A DNA stretch of 64,000 nt, from assembly GCA_030167865.1 (NCBI GenBank), contig JALAGF010005345.1, positions 1 through 64,000 of the forward strand, given 5' to 3'. The notes beneath the pieces are model-generated. The model did no database searches and was not told the DNA's origin. It worked only from the letters and a program-made list of their open reading frames with translations. Shown here in pieces: positions 1 through 10,933 of the stretch (positions within the stretch are counted from its first letter, which is position 1; each line of letters opens with the position of its first letter). The position numbers were made by a program, and so were the translations under genes. This stretch comes from Craspedostauros australis (taxonomy: Eukaryota).

Positions 1-858
1 AGGCGGTGGCAGGTCCACGCGAGCACGAACAAACTCCACCACCTGTTGCATCTGGCGAGTTGGCAGAGCCTCCTGAGGGAGCAAGACACCCCAGAGCGCG
101 GAAGCCACGTTGACCCACACACGTGTTACATTCCACCATGTGTGCCTGTCGCAATTGCAGCCAAGCACGAATCCCTTGGGAGGCATGGAAGTAAACGTGT
201 TGACATCGAAGTGATCCGTGAGCTCCTCCATCACACGAATCACAGCAGGCCGCCTCCAGTTTCCCGCCTCTTCCAGATCGAACCCGAACTGACCTCCTCT
301 CCTGTTCCTGCTGGCACGCGCCCGTTCCTCCTTGCCGTTGTCGTTGTATGTGCTGTCGCTATCGCCAGAGGCATCTGCATAGCCACCAGCAACAACAGTA
401 TTGCAGCGCCGGGCAAGCCTTGCTGGCGGGGTAGGCTCAACGGGCAGAGCAACATCAGCTGCAGCAGGCAGGGGTGGCGCGTTCAAGATAACACTCACCA
501 AAGTTCCATTGCCAACACCTCGTCCCTCGGATCGCACCTTGACGTTGGAGTCGTCGAAGACGCCTCCGTTGTCATCGACGATGTGAACGAACACATGCAG
601 CACGTGAGCGTGCGCATGCGTACCGTTCGGGACGAGGCCGCCATCCGCCGCGAGCATCGGCTTCACATCGATCACTCGCGTGATGGTGGTTGGCTTCCTC
701 AACGCAGCGGACGGCTTGTCAGGCAACAGTTGCTCCGCGGTAGGGAGCAAGTTTCCCTTGGAGTCAACAGGAGGAGCAGATACAGGGTAAGTAGAACGCG
801 GTTTCTTACTGGGGGAGGGATTGGCATCCTTGGCCTTGGCGGTGGTGGAGAGAGGCAT
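1..858 (-). CDS. Unidentified ORF (>=286 aa), runs off the left edge; probably repeat/TE-associated (copy A)
   Basis: The ATG at 858 reads with no stop to position 1 (MPLSTTAKAKDANPSPSKKPRS...VLHVFVHIVDDNGGVFDDSNVKVRS...FVLGCNCDRHTWW...RVDLPPP). It is missing from the ORF track because it has no stop in the window. A second diverged copy keeps the same frame. Confidence 0.5.
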   Translation of the reverse strand, partial: MPLSTTAKAKDANPSPSKKPRSTYPVSAPPVDSKGNLLPTAEQLLPDKPSAALRKPTTITRVIDVKPMLAADGGLVPNGTHAHAHVLHVFVHIVDDNGGVFDDSNVKVRSEGRGVGNGTLVSVILNAPPLPAAADVALPVEPTPPARLARRCNTVVAGGYADASGDSDSTYNDNGKEERARASRNRRGGQFGFDLEEAGNWRRPAVIRVMEELTDHFDVNTFTSMPPKGFVLGCNCDRHTWWNVTRVWVNVASALWGVLLPQEALPTRQMQQVVEFVRARVDLPPP

Positions 859-1730
859 GTTGTAGTTGTTGGTGTAGGGTATAGTTGATACTTGGTTGGA
901 TGTCATGAACTGCACTGGTATGAGACGAAGTGACGACGGAGAGCATACAATGCAAGGTCGACCATTTGTTGACAACAACACCAACACCAACACCAACANN
1001 NNNNNNNNNNNNNNNNNNNNNNNNNNNNNNNNNNNNNNNNNNNNNNNNCACGCGCCCGTTCCTCCTTGCCGTTGTCGTTGTATGTGCTGTCGCTATCGCC
1101 AGAGGCATCTGCGTAGCCCCCAGCAACAACAGCATTGCAGCGCCGGGGAAGCCTTGCTGGTAGGGTAGGCTCGACAGGCGGAGCAACATCAGCTGCAGCA
1201 GGCAGGGGTGGCGCGTTCAAGATAACGCTCACCGCTGTTCCATCGCCGACACCTCGTCCCTCAGATCGCACCTTGACGTTGGAGTCGTCAAAGACGCCTC
1301 CGTTGTCATCGAGGATGTGAACGAACACATGCAGCACGCGAGCGTGCGCATGCGTACCGTTCGGGACGAGGCCGCCATCCGCTGCGAGCATTGGCTTTAC
1401 ATCGATCACTTGCGTGATGGTGGTTGGCTTCCTCAACGCAGCGAATGGCTTGTCAGGCAACAGTTGCTCCGCGGTAGGGAGCAAGTTTCCCTTGGAGTCG
1501 GCAGGAGGAGCAGATGCAAGGCGAGCAGAACGCGGTTTCTTACGGGCAGAGGGGTTAGCATCCTTGGAGAGGGCCTTGGTAGGGGTCGAGATAGGCATGA
1601 TGTAGTTGTTGGTGTTGAGTATGGTTGTTAGCTGGTTGGATGTGATGAACAGCACAGGTTGAGATGAAGTGAGGAAGGAGAGCAAACGATGAATGGTCGA
1701 CCATTCGTTGACAACAACAACAACGACAAC
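315..1730. repeat. Direct duplication of about 680 bp (315-998 vs 1049-~1730) separated by a 50-N gap
   Basis: Visual alignment at offset 734. About 94% identical over 315-780 by hand count, more diverged upstream of the ORF start. Confidence 0.9.
1049..1598 (-). CDS. Second copy (B) of the same unidentified ORF, truncated by an assembly gap
   Basis: MPISTPTKALSKDANPSARKKPRS...GKEERAR is collinear with copy A, with an in-frame 6-nt indel near the N-terminus. It ends at the N gap 999-1048. Confidence 0.45.
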
Positions 1731-1753
1731 AACAATAACAACACCCTACTACT

Positions 1754-1955
1754 ACTACTACTCCAACGAGAACTAGCATGGAGCGAAAGGGCGAGTGTGC
1801 AGGGCATTGGCGAGGCAAGTTGTGAATGGNNNNNNNNNNNNNNNNNNNNNNNNNNNNNNNNNNNNNNNNNNNNNNNNNNACTACTACTCCAACGAGAACT
1901 AGCATGGAGCGAAAGGGCGAGTGTGCAGGGCATTGGCGAGGCAAGTTGTGAATGG
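1754..1955. repeat. Identical 76-bp sequence on both sides of a 50-N gap (1754-1829 = 1880-1955); likely unmerged contig overlap
   Basis: actactactccaacgagaactagcatggagcg...gttgtgaatgg occurs immediately before and after Ns 1830-1879. Confidence 0.85.
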
Positions 1956-2794
1956 AGCCGAAGTGTGGCACAAATTTGCGAAATGATGGCGATGATGTGT
2001 TTTGTGTGATGTGTTTTGTGTCATGTGTTTTGTGACGAGCAGAATGTGGAATCAGGTGCCACATGCTAACGTGTAATTAACGCGTACCAAACGACTGACA
2101 CCTTCGGAAGCAAGTCCGTGACTGATCACCTCACGATAAATACACGAGAACATGATAGAACCTTCTGCCAACAACAACGAGTTTTGTGCTGTTGGACCAA
2201 CGTGACTGCTATACATACATAGATCACTCCATAAAACTTAAAATAAGGATCTAANNNNNNNNNNNNNNNNNNNNNNNNNNNNNNNNNNNNNNNGGGATTA
2301 CGTATATGTGCTTGGTTTGGATATCGCAGATGAAAAGTTAGAATGTCCATTTCAAAGTGTTGGTCGACTCACTCGGGTGGCTCTTACATGGTGATGGTGG
2401 AGTTGGCAGGTCTCCGTTTCTTTGGCTTCTTGGATCCAGGTGGAATGATGAAGGTGCGTGTTGTTTTACGTGTTTTTGTCAACTTCAACCAGAACCCGTC
2501 CGAACCCTCCGACTGCAACGATTCACGATTCACGAATACCGATACTCAGTCATGTAAAATGTCTGGCAGGCAGTACGTCAGGACGACCAGCCACAAGAGG
2601 AATTTGTTGGTGATGGCTGTTCTGCGCCACACCAGAACGCGCGAAAACGCCCCACGATGACGAAGATCGCGGACACACCACAGAAAACACATCAACACTC
2701 ACATCGAACGGCAACGGCCACTGCACAGCACAGCACAACGAGAGCCACGCAAGAGGCTCAGAGCAAGACCAAGAGAAATAGCCGGAGCAGTTGC

Positions 2795-2816
2795 CTCTCT
2801 CTCTCTCTCTCTCTCT
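2795..2816. repeat. (CT)11 microsatellite upstream of miaB
   Basis: Seen directly. Confidence 0.95.
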
Positions 2817-2932
2817 GCCTGTTAAAATATTATACAAAGGATCGAAGGAGAGACTTTCAGTTGAGTTGATCGGAGAAGTGTTGAGATCAACCTGCAGACC
2901 TATTCGTCCATCGGTTCATCCGCCGAGCCGTC

Positions 2933-5930
2933 ATGTCTCTCAACAGCAAAAGCGTTGTGGTTGTGGGTTCGCTGAGAGTTCTCATCGCCATCGGCATTGC
3001 CAGCGTCGCCGTCTGCAACAATAAGAATGGACTCGCACCATGCCATGCCTTCAATGCGCCTTTGAGCGCGCGTGGTAACAGACGACAGCAACAGCATCAA
3101 TCATCGCAGCAAAGAACGATGCAAACTGCGACGCAAAGGATGATGGTCTCAACCAGCGATCCAACGTCTTCCGATGGAGTCAAATCGGCCGAAAAGATCA
3201 GCGCGCGACCTTCGTTCCAACCAGAGATCATGCCAGTCACCAAGTACCCCGTGATCCGAGGAACCACCACGGATTCCCGCGAAATCGTTTCGACAGGTGC
3301 TGGCCGTCAGTTTCTCACGGCCGTACGGTTGTCCCATATCCTTTTCGCCACCGAGGACTTGGCACTAGCCAGTTTGCATGAGCTCAAGACGTCCAACATT
3401 GCGTTCGAGGATCTCTCGCGCCAGATCAGCGCCTGTGCTGAAACTCGGGAAGAAGGTGGACAGATCGGCTGGGTGTCCACCAACGATGAGGACGGCACCA
3501 AGAACGAGCATCTCGATCTCGTGTTCCCAAAGGCAGCACGCGAAAAGACCGTGCAGATCACCACCAAGCCCGGAGATATCATCTTTGTTGAGTCCACCCG
3601 TGGCTTCCATCTTGTGCAGGTCGTGGATTGCATGGTCGACGTGCGTCAGATGGCATACGTCAAGGAACGTCGGAACAAGGATGCCTTGGTCGAAAAATCG
3701 CTCAAAAAGACCGGAATCTTCGGCGGCGCTCTCACCGATGGCACCAAGGATCTCTCCTACAAAATCGAAACCATGGGTTGCCAGATGAACAAGGCAGATT
3801 CGGAGCGCATCGAAGGCCAGCTGCAGAGCATCGGCATCAACCCAATCCCGGAAGACGATGAGAAGACCAAGCCCGATGTCGTCGTTCTCAACACGTGCTC
3901 TATCCGCGATCATGCCGAGCAGAAGGTCTACTCCTATCTCGGACCATACGCGAAGCGAAAGCGCAGCGGGGGTGACCTCGCTATCATTGTGGCCGGTTGC
4001 GTTGCACAGCAGGAAGGAGAGAAGCTCTTGCGTCGTGTTCCGGAAATCGACCTCGTCATGGGACCTCAGGTGTGTCATGAAAACAGAGCTTGATGGATGC
4101 ATGGTGTTGTATCTTGAACAGTGAAAAGATGTGGGGGGTGAACGCTGCTTTGTATGTGGCCACTTCCGTCGGTTGTGAAAAAAAGACATCATGTGGGAGA
4201 CTGTTGTGAAACAAACCCTTTCGTGAGATTGCGTAATGCGCCTCCATATCATCCAACAGGAACTCACAATACTCTGCTTTATTGAACTTGATCAACAATT
4301 TCATCAACTCTACATATCATTACCATTTCAACGAACATTGGCTTCTGGAACGAAATTGTAGTACGCCAACCGCATTGCGGATCTTTTGGAGGACGTGTCG
4401 AACGGAAATCAGGTGGTCGCCACGGAAGCAACGCACATCATGGAGGACTCGTCCAAACCAAGGCGTTCCTCCACCATCGCCGCGTGGGTCAATGTCATCT
4501 ATGGTTGCAACGAACGATGCGCCTTCTGCATCGTTCCAACCACCCGTGGAGTGGAACAGTCTCGTCCAGTGGAAAGCATTGTGGAAGAAGTGGAGAATCT
4601 CGTCAAGGCAGGCTTCAAAGAAGTGACACTGTTGGGACAGAATGTCGAGTGAGTATGACAATTCGTGTCCGAATGCAAATCCCTGATGATCGGACAGGCT
4701 ACTTGAAAAGTTTTACCCGTCCCCACAGGCTTCGGTGGACATGGCTTGGAATTGACAATGCCCGCTCACACAATGCAAATTTCCTCTGCCACATTATTCT
4801 TGTGCCGTGTGTTCTATTGCAATGTGCACCCCTTGCCACTCTCACACAAATACAGCGCCTATGGAAGAGACATGGTTCCCAAGAAGAAGTTCTCAGATCT
4901 CCTGCGAACAGTTGGCAGCATCCCAGGCTTAGAACGATTGCGATTCGTTACATCTCATCCAAAGTACATGTCATTAGGAGTCGTCGATGCTGTTGCGGAA
5001 GTGCCAGCGGCGTGTGAGAGCTTCCACATTCCATTCCAAAGTGGATCCACCGAGGTTTTGGCACGCATGGGACGTGGCCATACGCGAGAAAAGTTCCTTC
5101 ACATTGTGAATCGCATCAGACAGGTAAGCATGGCTGGAAGCATGGTACCTCATTCGTACGCGTTGTGTTGCTTCTTGTTGACGGCCAGCAACATTGTGGA
5201 TGCAACGCCGAGTTGCGACAATGCCATTGCACCAGAGCTCGCTATGTGTGCATCGTATACGTGCATCGTATTGGTATCGTACTTCTCTATACTCCTACTT
5301 CGATGAGGAACGAGGAGAGACGATTGCGTGTCGCCTTCGTCGCCCTGGTCGTTGTCCCTGACGCGCGTTACAACGCCTCTGTTTTTTTCTGACTTTGTGC
5401 CACTCCAATCAACTCAAATCAAACCTGCCCGCGCAACTGGCTCGCCGGCTCACATTTTATCAACTGAACCGCACTACCATACACAGCGACTCCCCGATGC
5501 CGCCATCTCTGCTGATGTCATCGTCGGCTTCCCTGGAGAGACCGAGGAGCAGTTCCAAGAAACACTGAGCCTCATGGAGGAGGTCAAGTTCGATGTTGTC
5601 AACACCGCCGCCTACTCCCCCAGGCCCAACACCCCGGCCGCGGATTGGGTTGACCAAGTGCCGGATGATGTCAAGCATGATCGATTGCTGCGCATCAATG
5701 TGCTCGTGAAGGAGCACGCCAGGGAACGACGCGCCCGGATGCAGGGCAGGACCGTGGAAGTTCTGATCGAGAAGCGCAACGTCCGCAAGCCAACGCAAGT
5801 GCTCGGGAGGACAAGGCATGGATACGTCACCTACTGCGACGGTGACATCGACGAGCTGCATGGCAAGACCGTTAAAGTCCTCATCGAAACTTGCGAGACC
5901 TTCTGTCTCGTTGGAAGGATCGTGGATTGA
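2933..5930 (+). CDS. miaB: Plastid-targeted tRNA-2-methylthio-N6-dimethylallyladenosine synthase (MiaB, radical SAM methylthiotransferase) with an N-terminal parvulin/PpiC domain
   Basis: Exons 2933-4069, 4362-4648, 4856-5123, 5487-5930 (GT-AG introns, frame restored: GPQ|YANR, QNVD|AYG, RQ|RLPD). MTTase N-domain Cys motifs GCQMN, NTCSIR, AGCVAQ; radical [29 protein letters not shown]-terminal TRAM-like region. Hydrophobic N-terminus followed by CHA-FNAP. Confidence 0.93.
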
Positions 5931-6327
5931 AGGTGCCTACCATCCTATGAATTCCCGAATACTGTGAAAGACTGCTCCATGTTTTCCTTCGCCAAATAAG
6001 GTGTTAGTACCATACGCTTGCAGACCACCAGACAATCGCTTTCATCATATTTTGTTTGGCGTATTAAGACCGTCGCTGAGGCCATCATCGCCTCTCCTCT
6101 CTCTCTCTCTGTATGTGTTGAGATAATGCCAAGCCAACTGCAGCAGGAGTACGTACGAGCTGACAAAAGGAAAAGACCGGGTGGCATGGCGTGTTAAGGC
6201 ATGTTCTCTATGATTTAAGTTTGATTCCTGACATGAAAAGCGAACTGTCTGCTCTCTGCGTACGTAAACTGGAGTCGGAAGAGAGTGTTTTGTATGTCGT
6301 ACTACGAGTATTCATCTCAGCAGAGCA

Positions 6328-8826
6328 TCACAATGCCTGCTTGTTGACGGCCTGGACGTCCCAGTCTGTACCAATGTTAGACAGCTGGCAAAGCGCTGCG
6401 GCCGCAGTGATGGAGTCATGCGCATTTGGCTTGCCATCTGTTATCGTTTGGAGTCGAGCATTGGCATTCATTTGACGAGAATAGGCAGATGTGGGGTTGG
6501 CGCGAGTAGTATCAAGACGAAAATTGCGGATGAAAGGAGAGAAGATGGGGTGTGAGGATCAGCAAGTATGATGAATTGGAAGCGAGGAACATGCTGGACG
6601 ACCTTGCAATACAAACCTTGGACTTCACTGCCCGGTTTCGATGCAAAGCAATCAATCGATCTGGGAATTGTAGCAGAAATATAGATCAAGGGAAGAGGTC
6701 GATGCCGTGCATGGTATAGATCGTACATACCTGGCTTTGGCGCAATCGCTTTTAGCTTCTTGCGTTTGGCCGCCGCGCTGGTTGAGCCTTTGCCCCTGCC
6801 AGTGCCGGTAGCTGACATTGGCGGGTAGCCTCTAGACTCTCTCTGCTTGGCAGCCTGTTGCAAAAGCGCATCGAGTATGTTGCTGTTCTCTTCCAGCCGG
6901 CGGAATACATTTTCACCATTCTCTGCTCGCTTCAACACCTTCTGAGCATGGCTCTTGATTTGTACCAGCGATCTGTAGGACAGCGGGTGAATGCGCGTGA
7001 TTTGTTCATCGCAAGGCAGGAGAAATCATACGAATGGAGAATGCGGAGCACACATGACACAAAGTAGAACACAAGGATGAGGGCAGCGCATCGCAGAAAG
7101 TATGATGCGAAGATGGGGTAACAGGCGGGGTGAGTCTGTGACCGATGAAGAAAGTGGAGCAAGCAATGGTGCACTGGAAAAGAACTTTTGCTTTCCTTTT
7201 CGATGACATGACATGACTTGATATGACGACAAGGAAGAGCTGAACCGGGGGATGCACCGAGCGCGAAGGAGGCCAAGCATTCCATGCTGTGCAGTTCTCG
7301 TACCTGTAAGGCAAATACACGCTCATTTTCTTCCAGCGTCCCTTCCCGAAGCGTTTGAGGCCGTAGAGGAAGAGCACCTTCTCATCAGGCGTCCAACGCC
7401 CCTGTCGGTACACCAACGTTCGTGCATGTGATGCGGCACTAGTTGCAGGTTGTCTGGCGACCGCCAATGATGCTTGGGCCACCGGGGCGATGACAAGGGG
7501 TGCACCAGCTGAGCTACTCACAGCTGCTGCTGCTGGTGTTGGTGTGGTTGTTGCTGCTGGTGTCGCCAAGTGAGTTGGTGTGGGTGTTGTCAGTATATGA
7601 GCAGAGGTAGCAGCTTGGGGCTTTGGTGCGGCTGTGCCCTGCGGTGCTTGCGCAGTCTGCGCTGCCATCGGTAATCGTTGCGTTCTCTGTTTGGGAGCCG
7701 TTATGGTAGCAGCGATGGTTGGCGGAGTTGGTGGTGGTGCGACCGATGCTGCTATGACTGCGGTGTGCGGTTGGAACGGTGTCGTTGGTTGGTGTGTTGG
7801 TAGCAGCGGTGGGACCAGCGCTACTGGGTGGGATGCTTGCATCGTTGGTGGTGGAATAGCGGCGCCATACGCGTGTGGCTGTGTTTGTGCCTGTACCTGT
7901 GCTTGTGTTTGTGCTTGTGGGAAGGTTGTGGCTGGTGATGTGATGGCAACCGAATGTGTTGTCATGGGCATGACAGTTGGTGCAGGGGATGCTTGTGCTG
8001 CAGGCGTCGTAATCGTATGCAGAGCAGGTGGAAGTGTTGTTGTCGCCGCTTGTGTTGGGACTGCGGTGCTCATCGTGAAGACTGGGAGAGGTGCTGGTGC
8101 TGCTGTTGTTGCTGCCGTTGGTGTCGCTACTGCTGGAACTGGCACCCCCATTGTTCCCGGTGGCATTGCTGTTGCCAGAGTCGATCTCATGGTGGAAGTT
8201 GGTGTCAGTGCCTGTGGAGTGTGCACTGTTGGCATTGGGATGGTTGTGTTGGAAGATGTTGGTGGGGTCATCTGTGCTGGGGCTGTGGCTGCTGCTGCTG
8301 CTGTCGTCACTGGTGTCGTTGCAGCCATCATTGTTGTTGCCGTAGCTGTTGCGGGTGTCGTTGCAGTTGTGGTCGTCGTTGCCATGGTGGGGGCGATGGT
8401 TGATGATACACGAGTTGGTGTGGGTGTGGGCACAGGTGGCGTTGCAATCGGGGCTACCATGGGTGGGACAGGAGCTGCAGCTGTGGCTGCTCCTGCTGCG
8501 GTCGCATGCGTCGTAACCAGCGCAGGAGCAGGTGGTGTTGCAGCCATGGTTACTTGTGGGACGAAGTGCGCAGGCTGGGCGTGGACTTGCGGTTGAGGCG
8601 GCACCATCTGTTGTGCTTGAGGTGAGGTGGTTGGTGTTGTAGTCGATGCTGTCAATGCTGCCTGTGCAGCGGACGGTGCAGTGAATGGGGTCGGCGGTGC
8701 TGGAGCTGGGGTTGCAATGGCGATGGGCACGGCCTTGGGAATGCTGACGGTTGGACCTCCAGCGGCGAGAAGGCTGCTTGGGTCTTGCTGTGGCACCATG
8801 GTGGTCACGGTGGTCGGGGTTGTCAT
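6328..8826 (-). CDS. Single-repeat MYB (SHAQKY-like) transcription factor with a long T/A/P/Q-rich N-terminus
   Basis: Exons 8826-7304, 6972-6731, 6437-6328. Spliced domain GRWTPDEKVLFLYGLKRFGKGRWKKMSVYLPYR|SLVQIKSHAQKV. NLS-like KRKKLK; last exon ...AAAALCQLS...QAL*. The start codon is uncertain. Confidence 0.88.
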
Positions 8827-10933
8827 GATGATGCACGTCAATTAGATGCGCTTTGGTTCCGGACAGTGGCTGAGTATGAGTATGAGTCTGTTATCCTTGG
8901 AGGACTCGTACTCTGCTCTAGAAATGATGTCACTGTTTTCAGAGTCCTGCTCTATTTCTCCAGTATTCTCTCTCTCTCTCTCTCTGCTTCACGTGCGCTC
9001 TGCGACAGATAGACGCAAGAGGTGGATTATACTGCTACACTACGACACTCTGCTCAACTCTACTCTATAAGGTCGTGCTCGTGGGTGTTGTGATCTGCTC
9101 GTCATGTAGTTCGGCGTTCTGTCTGTGAGTGATGTCAATGTTGTGGACGTTGTGGATGTTTCCTCCCCGAAGTTTGGTTGATGGGGTGATGCAGCGATTG
9201 TGGCGGCGAGAACGAACAGAGTGAGATGATGATGGTAAGGATACGATTGGCCTTCGGTGTTTGGCCCCTGCTGCCTCAGCGGAAGGTATCTTTTTGTGGT
9301 CGTGAGGCACCCTCACACAAACACACGCGCACACGCAGCGCAAACGCCGGCACACATCGACGCGAGGCGGAAACTTCGCATGCGGGGTTCGTGCGAGTAA
9401 CTTCGAGAGGTATCCAGGCCACGTATCGACTGGCAGTGTGGTAGTCGTACAAAAGCATGGACGGAGCGCGAGCCACGGTACTTGAGCACTGTTGTTGACT
9501 CGTAGTCGTACGTCGTGGGCCACCAAAATGCACGAGAAGGAACGATGCGAAGGAGAGGACAGACGGTGCTCTTTCCGCCGTGCGTCTCAGGATGGAGCAA
9601 TGCTCCACGCACACGTGGGCTACAGTAGTCGATGCTACGCGAAGCACAAAGCAGCTCCCAAAAGAAGAACGACGAAAGGCGCAGACGACCCAATCAAACG
9701 CACACACATGGCTCTTCTTTCGTTCCACCCCGTCCGTCCGTTGATCACGCCGTGCGAGCATGTCATGGCACACACATGGAAATGACGTAAGCCGACATGT
9801 CCGATGCGACATGATACAATCAAAAATGACGAATGGGAGCCACCAACCGAAGCGGTTCTGCGCGATTGACGTGGAATGAAGCGATTGGCTGGCGTGGCAA
9901 CAAAACAGCAGAAGGTATCCAAGCCATCACGAATGGTCGGTTGGGTCGACTGGTTGAGAACATGCATAGCGTTTAATTGGATCACGATCATGAATGGATG
10001 CCGACAACGATTGACAAAATCAAAACGACGAAGCCAACAAACAAGCGAACGACCAAAGCGGAGACACGAAAGAGGGTGGTTCGTGTTGTCGTGATTGCTG
10101 CGGTTTTGGCTGCGGTTGCGATTGTGGCTGCAACAACTGCGCCATCGTGGTGGGAGAGTTTCAGAACCTTGGTGATCACTGTCATCGGTATCATCCACAG
10201 GAGCACAATTCTTGCCAAGAGAGGCTTTCACTCGGGAGAAGCGACATCGAAAAGACAGGGGCTGGAGGAGACAGACATAGACGAAGAGAGAGAGAGAGCC
10301 CAACACAGCCGCAAGCACATCGATAGAGCAACCGTCGCAGCGAGAGACGCAGACCCAGGGAAGAAAAGGGGAGACTTCGCGAAGATCCGTCTGAAGCGCA
10401 AAGGTGTGTCGAAGCTCCATTCCGATCCAACCAAGAGAAGGCTTGATGCTATTTTTGCGCCGCATTGAACGCTTCTCGAAGAAACGAGCGCATGATGGGC
10501 GACTTGCGCTGAGAGAATCTGGGAATCATTTTTGACGACTGACGCTCGGATGCCTCTTGAAATTGAAACAATAACGAGATGGGAGATTGCAGCATTGCAC
10601 TTTCCGTGGCTCTTCCGACAGTGGACATGCAGGGTCATGCACATGCATGCACATACAGGCACACAAATGCACGGAGTCTTCTTGGATACAGCACGTCTCA
10701 CACACATATCCGTACAGTGCAGGAAGAGCGCGGCCATGCCAAACACCATCGCGTTGGCAATCGCAATCACATGACACCCGCATTGCATTCACTTACAATA
10801 CTTGCTGCATTCGCCACACTTGCTACGAGCACATTCATCACTTCCACATCCAATCCAATCCAACACGGGATCTGACAGCTGCCCCAAATCCTGAGCGAGC
10901 GCAAGCCAGCAGTATCGATATCGACGTCCCAAA

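Noticed and set aside
46..888. 280-aa plus-strand ORF
   Set aside because: It has a non-ATG start, is antisense to the better minus-strand ORF, and the equivalent frame has a stop (tgg tag) in the second copy.
1754..1955. Direct repeat or CRISPR/LTR-like pair
   Set aside because: The identical copies abut a fixed-size 50-N gap, typical of unmerged contig overlap; there are no spacers.
7514..8836. Overlapping 440-aa (-) and 320-aa (+) ORFs; mucin or adhesin interpretation of the T/A/P-rich region
   Set aside because: These are shadow frames of low-complexity coding sequence. The real frame leads into a MYB domain and has no signal peptide.
9977..10468. 163-aa ORF with a hydrophobic stretch between divergent genes
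   Set aside because: No recognisable motif, and the hydrophobicity derives from GT-rich simple sequence. It cannot be supported without expression data.
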